Of a DNA stretch of 64,000 nucleotides, positions 11,940 to 19,729 are shown in pieces. Made by a program: the position numbers and the translations under genes. The notes under the pieces were generated by a model. That model did no database searches. It worked only from the letters and a program-made list of their open reading frames with translations, and was not told where the DNA came from. Every line of letters begins with the position of its first letter. The first letter of the stretch is position 1. Location: contig QEVP01000006.1 of the NCBI GenBank assembly GCA_003576765.1, positions 5,116 to 69,115 of the forward strand, read 5' to 3'. Origin of the DNA: Pseudomonadota bacterium (GTDB lineage Bacteria; Pseudomonadota; Alphaproteobacteria; Rhizobiales; Xanthobacteraceae).

Positions 11940-12748
11940 GGTCGCTCCCGTTGTCCCGTTGCGCCCCGCAGAGCGTCCACCAGTTCGATCTGTCCGGGCC
12001 GCACCGCCTCGATGCGCGGCCCGCCCCGGCGTCCGACAATACCGCGGACCCGCACCCGCCGGCCGGTCAGCGATGCCGGCGCAAGTCCCGCCGCCGTGAA
12101 GCCGGCCGCAAAACGCTGCGGAATCGTCACGGCGAAGTCACGGGTCCAGCGCCGGCCAAAATCGACATAGACCGTCGCGCCCGCGACCCGGACCGAGCGC
12201 ACCTCGCCCTCGACAATAGCAAACTGCCCCAGCTTCGCCAAAATATCCTGCGGCCTTTCGGCGTTTTTTATGGCGGCGGGATCCGACCATATGCCGCGGC
12301 CGGCGGTCCGTGCGGCAGCCTCGGCGGCGGCGAACTCCGCAGCGCATCCCGGTTCCGCCGCGAGCCCGGACGCCAGCGCCGCCCCTTCGGCAAGCAGCGT
12401 CGCCTGGATCGAAGCCGCCGCTCCTTCGGCAACCACGATCAGCGTCTGGCGGCCGTAACGGTCGGGCATGTCGCTGCCGTGCAACGTTACGCGCCGGCCG
12501 GCGAACTGGGCCAGCGCCGCGATGTCGCCGGGAGCGGGCGCAAGCCCGGCGAGCCTCACCTCACGCCCGTCAATGAGGCGCAGCGTGCGGGCATCGATCG
12601 CTGCGGCCACCTCGGCGGTTCCGATCTCGGCGCCGCCGCAGGCCGCCGCGGCCGGCCCCGATGCAGCGGCGATCCCTATGGCAAACGCCGCCGCGGCCCG
12701 GGTCACCCCGCGGCCAGTCCGTGGCAAAACGGCCGGTCCTGCGCTCAC
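11936..12748 (-). CDS. Thermonuclease (SNase-like) family protein, secreted
   Basis: 270-aa GC3-rich ORF with a signal-like N-terminus. Has DRYGRQ and GRGIW blocks reminiscent of staphylococcal nuclease homologues. GTG start overlaps the upstream stop. Confidence 0.55.
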   Translation of the reverse strand: MSAGPAVLPRTGRGVTRAAAAFAIGIAAASGPAAAACGGAEIGTAEVAAAIDARTLRLIDGREVRLAGLAPAPGDIAALAQFAGRRVTLHGSDMPDRYGRQTLIVVAEGAAASIQATLLAEGAALASGLAAEPGCAAEFAAAEAAARTAGRGIWSDPAAIKNAERPQDILAKLGQFAIVEGEVRSVRVAGATVYVDFGRRWTRDFAVTIPQRFAAGFTAAGLAPASLTGRRVRVRGIVGRRGGPRIEAVRPGQIELVDALRGATGQRERP

Positions 12749-13035
12749 CGCCCGACGAAGTTCGCGGGGCGACGCTCTTCCGTCGCCCGCACGCCCTCCC
12801 TGAAATCCTCGGTCGAGCGCAGCCGGGTCTGTTCGGCGGTTTCATGATCGGTGGCCGCCAGCACGCGGTCGGCAAGGCCCGCCCGCAGGGTGGCACGGGT
12901 GGCAAGCCGGCCGAGCGGCGCACATTCGGCAATCTGCCGGATCAGCCCGGTGTCGAAGAAATTATAGGGCGGGCGGCGGATCTCGATGGTGGCGACGTGC
13001 CGGTCGACGGTGATGGCGATATCCTGCGCGGTCAT
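12745..13035 (-). pseudogene. In-frame remnant of an enoyl-CoA hydratase (central ~170 aa missing)
   Basis: The 96-aa product joins a crotonase N-terminus (ITVDRHVATIEIRRPPYNFFD) directly to a crotonase C-terminus (STEDFREGVRATEERRPANFVGR). The oxyanion-hole region is absent. Confidence 0.55.
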
Positions 13036-13151
13036 GAGCCTTCCTGTTGCAATCAGCATCGGCAGGCGACGCCGACAACGGCACTTTCCATGCGTCGCCA
13101 GTGCGCATCGGCGCGCGCCCGGCACGCATGATGCGGTTACCGTTCATGCCT

Positions 13152-13249
13152 TTGCAAATTATTGTTTTGACGCATTTTCTTAACGCGAACCGACCGAAGC
13201 CGGCGCTGGCCGGCGAAGGCCGGTGTCCACTTCGCGCGAAAACGCTTTA
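13152..13249 (-). repeat. Intergenic repeat family 2 copy (reverse orientation), abutting the glsB-like stop codon
   Basis: The reverse complement reads TAA-AGCGTTTTCGCGCGAAGTGGACACCGG...TTCGCGTTAAGAAAATGCGTCAAAACAATAATTTGCAA. It aligns along its length with 13543-13690. Confidence 0.7.
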
Positions 13250-13528
13250 TCGCCCGGCGCTGGAATCGCGGATGACGCCGCGAGCCACCAGCCTGTTCCA
13301 GATGAACAGCACGACGATCGCGCCGATCGTCGCAGTGATGAAGCCCGCGCCCTGATCGGGGCCGTAATGGCCGATGGCCTGGCCGATGAAGGTGGCGAGG
13401 AAAGCACCGGCGATACCAAGCACCGTCGTCAGGATGAAGCCGCTCGGATTATTCGGCCCACGCGAAACCAGCCGCGCGATGATGCCCGCAACGAAACCGA
13501 CGATGATGATCCAGAGAATGCCACCCAT
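13247..13528 (-). CDS. GlsB/YeaQ/YmgE family stress-response membrane protein (transglycosylase-associated)
   Basis: Trimmed to ATG 13528. The 93-aa product MGGILWIIIVGFVAGIIARL...GFILTTVLGIAGAFLATFIG is typical of the family. Confidence 0.85.
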   Translation of the reverse strand: MGGILWIIIVGFVAGIIARLVSRGPNNPSGFILTTVLGIAGAFLATFIGQAIGHYGPDQGAGFITATIGAIVVLFIWNRLVARGVIRDSSAGR

Positions 13529-13542
13529 GGTGCTGGTCCTTC

Positions 13543-13690
13543 TAGAGCGTTTTCGAGCGAAGCGCGAACCGGCCTTCCCGGGCCATAGCCGGCTTCGGCC
13601 CGGCAACGGCCGGCTCGCGTGAAGAAAACGCGTCAAAAATAAAACGCAAGAGCTTTGCTTTTGATTCCATCAAAAGCAAAAAAGCTCCAG
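13543..13690 (+). repeat. Intergenic repeat family 2 copy (long version with internal GC-rich insertion and terminal hairpin)
   Basis: TAG-AGCGTTTTCGAGCGAAG...CTCGCGTGAAGAAAACGCGTCAAAAATAAAA, followed by the perfect hairpin GCTTTTGAT-TCC-ATCAAAAGC (13657-13677). Confidence 0.7.
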
Positions 13691-13743
13691 GAACTGGTCG
13701 GAATGCGAGAGGCGGCGCCGCGGCTGCGACGCCGCCCCGTTTG

Positions 13744-14367
13744 TCACAGCCAGCGCGAGAGATCGCGCTCGGAAGGAAGATGGCCGTCCGGGGTGAACTG
13801 ATCGACGGCTTCCGGCAGATACTGGCTCAGTTCGGACAGCAATTGATCTCGCGACATCCCGGTGCGCGAGGTCAATGCGTTGATCTGGTCGGCGCCCAGC
13901 GCATTGGCGAGATCATCGGGCGCGATCGTCTTGTTGTCGCCCTTGCCCACCCACGACTCGGCCGCATCGCCGTGGCCGCTCTGCTGCATCTGCTTGAGCA
14001 GGTCGGCCAGCCCACCGCTCAAAATGCTGCCGGCGGCACCGCCGGCAAGCAGTCCGCCAAGCCCGCCCTTGAGCAGGTCGCCAAGCCCACCACCGAGGCC
14101 ACCACCAAGTGCGCCACCGAGCCCGCCGCCGGGCGCGGAGGCTTCCGTCGGCGTCGGCATGCGCGGCGCAGGTGCCGCCGTGCCGCCGCCTGCGGGAGCG
14201 GTCGACGTTTCGCTGCTTCCGCCGAAGTGCTTGATCGCCTTGTAGGCAAGGATCGCGAGGATCGCCATCGTCATCGGCGACATGCCCTCACTTTTGCCCT
14301 CGTCCGTGCTCCCGGACGGCCCGCGCGGACCGTTCTGCATGCCGTTGAGAATATCCAGCAAACCCAT
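13744..14367 (-). CDS. YidB/DUF937 family protein
   Basis: Start moved to ATG 14367 (AGGAG 6 nt upstream). N-terminus is MGLLDILNGM, the centre is Gly-rich, and the C-terminus reads LS.DQLLSELSQYLPEAVDQFTPDG. Confidence 0.7.
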   Translation of the reverse strand: MGLLDILNGMQNGPRGPSGSTDEGKSEGMSPMTMAILAILAYKAIKHFGGSSETSTAPAGGGTAAPAPRMPTPTEASAPGGGLGGALGGGLGGGLGDLLKGGLGGLLAGGAAGSILSGGLADLLKQMQQSGHGDAAESWVGKGDNKTIAPDDLANALGADQINALTSRTGMSRDQLLSELSQYLPEAVDQFTPDGHLPSERDLSRWL

Positions 14368-14452
14368 CGTCATCTCCTGTGGCAGGCCCCGCCAATCGAA
14401 ATCATACCGACTGCCCGCACTCCTTCACAAGAGACCGGCGCGGCGGGACGGA

Positions 14453-14477
14453 AACCGATGTTGCCCGATTTGGTTCC
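14453..14477 (-). promoter_or_regulatory. Candidate EcfG/general-stress-type promoter (GGAAC-N16-GGTT) upstream of the DUF937 gene
   Basis: The minus strand reads GGAAC CAAATCGGGCAACATC GGTT. The -10 element has G instead of the consensus C. It lies about 80 nt upstream of the ATG. Confidence 0.4.
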
Positions 14478-14535
14478 ATGGCGATAGCAGGGCGCGCGCC
14501 GGTCTGATATCGAGCGAGCAAGACCACGGGCTGTC

Positions 14536-15540
14536 ATGACGGCATCATCCCTATCGGTGTGCATCGCGGGCGCGGGCAGCATCGGCTGCTTCGTCGGCGG
14601 CTGCCTCGCGAGCGGCGGCCATCGCGTGGCGCTGCTGGCACGGCCGCAGATTTGCGACGCCATCGCCGCCCACGGCCTGCGCCTGACCGGGTACGAAGGC
14701 ATGGACAAACTCATCCCGGCAGACCGGCTCACGCTATCGGACGATCCGGCGATCCTGCACCACGCCGATGTCGTGCTGGTGACAGTGAAGGGCGGCGACA
14801 CGGCCGCGATTGCCGATCTCATTGCCGCCCATGCGCGGCCCGACGCCATCGCCATCAGCCTGCAGAACGGCGTCGATAATCTCGGCCTGCTGCGCGACAG
14901 GCTGCCGGGCCGCACGGTGCTCGGCGGAATGGTGCCGTTCAACGTGCTGGCGCGCGGCGGCGGGCATTATCACCGCGCCACCTCTGGCGACATCGTGCTG
15001 GAGGACGATTTCTCGCATCTGTTCGAACGGTTGTCGGTGCCGCTGTTGAAAATGCTGCCGACCCGCGACATCGCCGGCGTGCAGTGGGGCAAGCTGATCA
15101 TCAATCTCAACAATGCGCTGAACGCGCTGTCCGGCATTCCGTTGCGCGAGCAACTGGCAAGCCGCGCGTGGCGCCGGCTGCTCGCCGACCAGATGGCCGA
15201 GGCGCTGAAGGTGATGAAGGCCGCGCGCATCCGCATCGTGCCGATGACGCAACTGCCGCCGGCCGTGACGCCCTTTCTCCTGCGGCTGCCGGACGGGCTG
15301 TTTCACCTGCTGCTCGGGCGTATCCTGCAGATCGATCCGCAGGCGCGCTCCTCGATGTGGGAAGACCTTGAGCGGCGGCGAAAGACCGAGGTGGACCAGT
15401 TGCAAGGCGTCATCGTACGGTTGGCGCGGCAGCATGGTTTGCGCGCGCCGCTGTCGGAGCGTGTCGTCGCGCTGGTCCATGCCGCCGAGGCGCGCGGCGA
15501 GGGCCCGCCCGGCCTGACGCCGCCGGAGATCAGGGCGTGA
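14536..15540 (+). CDS. 2-dehydropantoate 2-reductase family protein (second paralogue in the window)
   Basis: 334 aa with N-terminal VCIAGAGSIGCFVGGCLA Rossmann motif and ApbA/PanE-like layout. Confidence 0.8.
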   Translation: MTASSLSVCIAGAGSIGCFVGGCLASGGHRVALLARPQICDAIAAHGLRLTGYEGMDKLIPADRLTLSDDPAILHHADVVLVTVKGGDTAAIADLIAAHARPDAIAISLQNGVDNLGLLRDRLPGRTVLGGMVPFNVLARGGGHYHRATSGDIVLEDDFSHLFERLSVPLLKMLPTRDIAGVQWGKLIINLNNALNALSGIPLREQLASRAWRRLLADQMAEALKVMKAARIRIVPMTQLPPAVTPFLLRLPDGLFHLLLGRILQIDPQARSSMWEDLERRRKTEVDQLQGVIVRLARQHGLRAPLSERVVALVHAAEARGEGPPGLTPPEIRA

Positions 15541-15581
15541 CGACGGTTCGGAAAGATTGAGACGAAGAAGGAGTGTCGGCG

Positions 15582-16664
15582 ATGAGTGGCCAGCCCGGCA
15601 AAACATATCGCATCGCGGTGATCCCCGGCGACGGCATCGGCAAGGAAGTGGTGCCGGAGGGCCTGCGCGTGCTCGAAGCGGCGGCCAGGAGGCACCGCGT
15701 CAAGCTGGAGTTCGACCATTTCGATTTCGCCTCCTACGACTACTACGCCAGACACGGCCAGATGCTGCCGGACGACTGGAAGGCGCAGATCGGCACGCAT
15801 GACGCGATCTATTTCGGCGCCGTCGGCCTGCCGGAGAAAATTCCCGACCACATTTCGCTGTGGGGGTCGCTGATCCTGTTCCGGCGCGAGTTCGACCAGT
15901 ACATCAACCTGCGGCCTGTCCGGCTGATGCCGGGCGTGCCGACGCCGCTCGCCGGCCGCAAGCCGGGCGACATCGACTTCATGGTGGTGCGCGAGAACAC
16001 CGAAGGCGAATATTCGTCGGTCGGCGGCCGCATGTTCGCCGGCACCGAGCGCGAGTTCGTCATGCAGGAGACGGTGATGACGCGCATCGGCATCGACCGC
16101 GCGCTGAAATTCGCTTTTGAGCTGGCACGCTCACGGCCGAAGCGGCACCTCACCTCGGCGACCAAGTCGAACGGCATCTCGATCACCATGCCGTACTGGG
16201 ACGAGCGCGTCGAAGCGATGGCCAAGCACTTTCCCGACGTGCGCTGGGACAAGTACCATATCGACATCCTGACCGCGCATTTCGTGCTGCACCCGGACTG
16301 GTTCGACGTCGTCGTCGGCTCGAACCTGTTCGGCGACATCCTGTCCGACCTCGGCCCCGCCTGCACCGGCACCATCGGCATCGCGCCGTCCGGCAACATC
16401 AACCCGGATAACGCCTTTCCGTCGCTGTTCGAGCCGGTGCACGGCTCGGCGCCGGACATCGCCGGGCAAGGCGTCGCCAATCCGATCGGGCAGATCTGGT
16501 CGGCGGCGATGATGCTCGACCATCTCGGCGAGCGTGACGCCGCGGCGGAGATCGTCGCCGCGATCGAGCGCACGCTGGCCGAACGCACGCTGCGCACCCG
16601 CGATCTCGGCGGCAATGCCGACACCGTGACCTGCGGCAAGGCGGTGGCGGAGATGATCGGGTAA
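15582..16664 (+). CDS. Tartrate dehydrogenase/decarboxylase (D-malate dehydrogenase) of the isocitrate/isopropylmalate dehydrogenase family
   Basis: ATG 15582 lies 9 nt after AAGGAG. Motifs IAVIPGDGIGKEV, VRENTEGEYS and GSNLFGDILSDL are present. Confidence 0.8.
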   Translation: MSGQPGKTYRIAVIPGDGIGKEVVPEGLRVLEAAARRHRVKLEFDHFDFASYDYYARHGQMLPDDWKAQIGTHDAIYFGAVGLPEKIPDHISLWGSLILFRREFDQYINLRPVRLMPGVPTPLAGRKPGDIDFMVVRENTEGEYSSVGGRMFAGTEREFVMQETVMTRIGIDRALKFAFELARSRPKRHLTSATKSNGISITMPYWDERVEAMAKHFPDVRWDKYHIDILTAHFVLHPDWFDVVVGSNLFGDILSDLGPACTGTIGIAPSGNINPDNAFPSLFEPVHGSAPDIAGQGVANPIGQIWSAAMMLDHLGERDAAAEIVAAIERTLAERTLRTRDLGGNADTVTCGKAVAEMIG

Positions 16665-16708
16665 AGCGTTTTCAAGCGAAGTGGAAACCGGCTCGCTTTG
16701 AAGACGCT
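16662..16708 (+). repeat. Intergenic repeat family 2 copy (truncated hairpin) between convergent genes
   Basis: TAA-AGCGTTTTCAAGCGAAGTGGAAACCGGCTCGCTTTGAAGACGCT. The TAA is the tartrate dehydrogenase stop codon. Confidence 0.6.
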
Positions 16709-16714
16709 CAGGCG

Positions 16715-17866
16715 TCAGGCGCCTTTGCGTGATCCTTTGCCGCTGCCTTTGCTCTTGCCCTTCTTTGCGGCCTTGTCGCCGCTCTTGTTGCTGCCCTTGC
16801 CGTTGCCGTTCGGCCTGCGGTTGGTGAAGCGGGCGTTGCCGAGCCCGGTGCCGATGGTCAAGACGCCCCAGCGCCTGACGTCCTGCATGAACGGCACCTC
16901 GCTCAAGCCCTGCGCCACGCCGTCGTTGTGCATCAGCACTGTGGTGTCGTGACCGCCGATGGTCGGGATCGCCTGCATCAGGGTATCGGGCAGATTGAAG
17001 CGGCTGCTTTCCCAGTTGCCCGGCAGGTTCTGCGCGCCCTTCTCGATGTTGCCGTCGGGATCGATGGCGCCGGGGCACGACACGCCGATGAACGGCGCGA
17101 GCTTGAGACCCTCCTTGTCGGCGGCGACGATCAGGCCCTTGAGCAGCTTGACAAGCTTTTTCACCGCGCCCTCACGGGTCGGCTCGTGATCGGCGTGGCG
17201 CCACAGCTCCGATTTCCACACCACCGCCTTCGACAGGTCCTTCGCCTTCTTCCAGCGCGTCTTCACCACGCCGCAGCGGATGTTGGTGCCGCCGATATCG
17301 ACGGCGAGGATGCTGTCGTGCGCCTCGAAAATCCACGACGGCGCCAGGTGCAGGCAGCCGATCAGCCCGGCCTCGTCGGGATGGTGACGGATCGGCACCA
17401 TGCCGACCTTCAGCCCTTCCGCCTTCAGGATGATGTCGGCGCGGGCGATGGCCAGTTCGCCGATGCGGCTCTGCCGGAAGCCGCCGCCGACCACGATCCT
17501 CTCAGTTCCGGCCCACGCCTTCACCTTGAGAAAGCGATGGGTGACGTGAGCCAGCTCCTGCGCGAACTCCTCGACGGCACTGTGCACCACCGCGGCCGCT
17601 TCCACGTCGGCGCCGCCTAGGATGCGGTCGAGGTCGTCCTTGCTGATCTGTTCCGAGGACTGCGCACCGAACGGGTCGTCGCCCTGCTTGCGCAGCGGCT
17701 TGCGCCAGCCGTCGAGGATCGCCTGGAACGCGCCCTTGCTGGCGCGATCCCCGAGAAAGCCGTTTTCGTCTTTGAGTCCAAGGTTATAGCTGTCTATTTC
17801 GACGGATGGCAGGCGGCTCGCGCCGTGCTTGCCGATCCCTCCCGTCGCCGGGGTGCCCTCAGCCAT
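16715..17866 (-). CDS. ASKHA-fold sugar-kinase-like (ROK/glucokinase-related) protein with permuted motif order and Lys/Gly/Ser-rich tail
   Basis: Trimmed to ATG 17866 (383 aa). Motif positions: IVVGGGF at 124-130, DEAGLIG at 164-170, DIGGTN at 190-195, HNDG at 313-316, TIGTGLG at 337-343. The tail is NGNGKGSNKSGDKAAKKGKSKGSGKGSRKGA. Confidence 0.7.
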   Translation of the reverse strand: MAEGTPATGGIGKHGASRLPSVEIDSYNLGLKDENGFLGDRASKGAFQAILDGWRKPLRKQGDDPFGAQSSEQISKDDLDRILGGADVEAAAVVHSAVEEFAQELAHVTHRFLKVKAWAGTERIVVGGGFRQSRIGELAIARADIILKAEGLKVGMVPIRHHPDEAGLIGCLHLAPSWIFEAHDSILAVDIGGTNIRCGVVKTRWKKAKDLSKAVVWKSELWRHADHEPTREGAVKKLVKLLKGLIVAADKEGLKLAPFIGVSCPGAIDPDGNIEKGAQNLPGNWESSRFNLPDTLMQAIPTIGGHDTTVLMHNDGVAQGLSEVPFMQDVRRWGVLTIGTGLGNARFTNRRPNGNGKGSNKSGDKAAKKGKSKGSGKGSRKGA

Positions 17867-18011
17867 TGAATGCGCCTCGTTTGTCTTCGACCGACGCACT
17901 AACGGCGCGGGAACCCGATGGTTGCACGACATCATCCGCCGGATCGGCGGCGAGGCGCCCCTCGGCAGGCGTAAATCCTTCACGAAAGACGGGTTTTTCG
18001 TGCGGAACGGA

Positions 18012-18041
18012 TTGACTCGAACGGCTACGGCGCGATATAGG
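18012..18041 (+). promoter_or_regulatory. Possible sigma-70 promoter of the rplU-rpmA operon (TTGACT-18 nt-TATAGG)
   Basis: Hexamers seen by eye, about 150 nt upstream of rplU. Not validated. Confidence 0.3.
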
Positions 18042-18187
18042 GCCGCACCGGCGCGAGGCTTTCCCCGCGCCGTAACCGTTTGCATGGCCGCCACGTCGCA
18101 GCCGTGGCGAGCGTTCACCCAACGACTGAACAAGAAGCCGGGCCGGAGCGATCCGAGCGCCGGAATCGAACACGAAGGACAACAACG

Positions 18188-18589
18188 ATGTTCGCAGTCA
18201 TCAAGACCGGCGGCCGGCAATACCGCGTCGCCCCCGATGATGTGCTCGAGGTCGGCAAGATCGCCGGCGACGTCGGAACGATCGTGCAGCTCGGCGAAGT
18301 GCTGGTGCTGGGCGGCGATACCCCGACGCTTGGTACCCCGACCGTGGCCGGCGCCTCCGTCGCCGCCGAGGTGCTGGACCACAAGCGCGGCCCGAAGGTG
18401 ATCGCCTTCAAGAAGCGCCGCCGCAAGAATTCGCGCCGCAAGCGCGGCTATCGCGACGAGATCACGGTGCTGCGCATCACCGAAATTCTCGCCGACGGCA
18501 AAAAGCCCTCGGTCGGACCGCGCCCCAAGCGCGTCAAGGCCGAAAAGCCCGCCGCCGCTGACGACAAGGGCGAGGCCGCCTCGGCCTGA
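18188..18589 (+). CDS. rplU: 50S ribosomal protein L21
   Basis: MFAVIKTGGRQYRV... with a basic, Ala/Lys-rich C-terminal extension. Confidence 0.95.
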   Translation: MFAVIKTGGRQYRVAPDDVLEVGKIAGDVGTIVQLGEVLVLGGDTPTLGTPTVAGASVAAEVLDHKRGPKVIAFKKRRRKNSRRKRGYRDEITVLRITEILADGKKPSVGPRPKRVKAEKPAAADDKGEAASA

Positions 18590-18694
18590 CAACGATTTGA
18601 GCGCTTCCATCATCACATGAAGCGGAAGTCGCAAAACGTGAAGTGATTTCGTCACGGAATCACGCTACACAGAATTCGGATTTGGAGACGAGCG

Positions 18695-18967
18695 ATGGCT
18701 CACAAAAAAGCAGGCGGTTCCTCGCGCAACGGGCGCGACTCGAAGGGCCAGCGCCTTGGCGTCAAGGTGTTCGGCGGCGAGCGCGTGATTCCCGGCAACA
18801 TCATCTGTCGTCAACGCGGCACCAAGTGGCATCCCGGCACCAATGTCGGGATGGGCACCGACCATACCCTGTTCGCCAAGATCGAAGGCCGCGTCGAGTT
18901 TCGCGCCAAAACTGGCGGCCGCACCTACGTATCGGTTCTCCCGATGATCGAGGCCGCGGCCGAATAG
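18695..18967 (+). CDS. rpmA: 50S ribosomal protein L27
   Basis: [24 protein letters not shown]... Confidence 0.97.
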   Translation: MAHKKAGGSSRNGRDSKGQRLGVKVFGGERVIPGNIICRQRGTKWHPGTNVGMGTDHTLFAKIEGRVEFRAKTGGRTYVSVLPMIEAAAE

Positions 18968-19033
18968 ACGGTGGATCAAACGACGTCCGCCGGGCCCTGT
19001 TGAACCGGCGGAGCATCTTACAGAGGCTCTAAA

Positions 19034-19070
19034 AGGGGAGACGGGAAACCGGCCTCCCCTTTATCGTTTT
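19034..19070 (+). terminator. Probable rho-independent terminator after rpmA
   Basis: Stem AGGGGAG/CTCCCCT (19034-19040 / 19054-19060) followed by TTATCGTTTT. Confidence 0.55.
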
Positions 19071-19099
19071 GCCGCAAAGGCGGCGTATGGAGCCTCACC

Positions 19100-19729
19100 A
19101 TGCTGCAGGAATTCTCCACCGAAAGCATCTCACCGGGGACGAGTACCGTCGTCCTCGAGACCGAGCGGCTGACTTTGCGTCATCCGACGCTCGCGGACGT
19201 AAAAGCGATTGCGTGCCTCGCCGACGACCGCCGCATCGCCGAGAACACCCGCCGGCTGCCGCATCCCTTTACGCTGCGCGACGCCGAAGCCGTCGTTGCG
19301 GCAACGGCCGGCCACGCCGACGCGACCACCTTCCTCATTGCCCACGACGACATGCCGATCGGCATCGCGGGGCTCGAAAGCGGCCGCGCGGCGCCGGAGC
19401 TGGGCCTTTGGCTCGGGGTCGATTTCTGGGGCCACGGTTTCGCCACCGAGGCGGCGCGCGCGGTGATCGACTATGCCTTCGAGACGTTCGACGCGGTGGA
19501 GCTCGCGGCCGGCGCGCGCGTCGTCAATCCGGCGTCGCGCCGCGTGCTGGAGAAGTGCGGCTTCCAGTGGACCGGGGTCGAACTGCACCGCTTCCTCGCG
19601 CTCGGCTCTTCGACGCCGGTCGATCGCTTCCGCCTCGACCGCGGCGTGTGGGCCTCGCTGCGGCGCTGGCGCCAGGCGGCGCGGCGCGACAGCCCGCCGA
19701 TCGCAGCGTTCATGCCGGCGGCGGAGTGA
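19100..19729 (+). CDS. GNAT family N-acetyltransferase (RimJ/RimL-like)
   Basis: 209 aa with LETERLTLRHPTLADV..., IGIAGL and FWGHGFATEAARAVIDYAF acetyl-CoA-binding region. Conserved position after rpmA. Confidence 0.8.
   Translation: MLQEFSTESISPGTSTVVLETERLTLRHPTLADVKAIACLADDRRIAENTRRLPHPFTLRDAEAVVAATAGHADATTFLIAHDDMPIGIAGLESGRAAPELGLWLGVDFWGHGFATEAARAVIDYAFETFDAVELAAGARVVNPASRRVLEKCGFQWTGVELHRFLALGSSTPVDRFRLDRGVWASLRRWRQAARRDSPPIAAFMPAAE

Noticed and set aside
18042-18187. Structured leader upstream of rplU as a ribosomal-protein autoregulatory element.
   Set aside because: GC-rich hairpins are present, but I know of no matching alphaproteobacterial L21-leader model and cannot evaluate covariation from one sequence.
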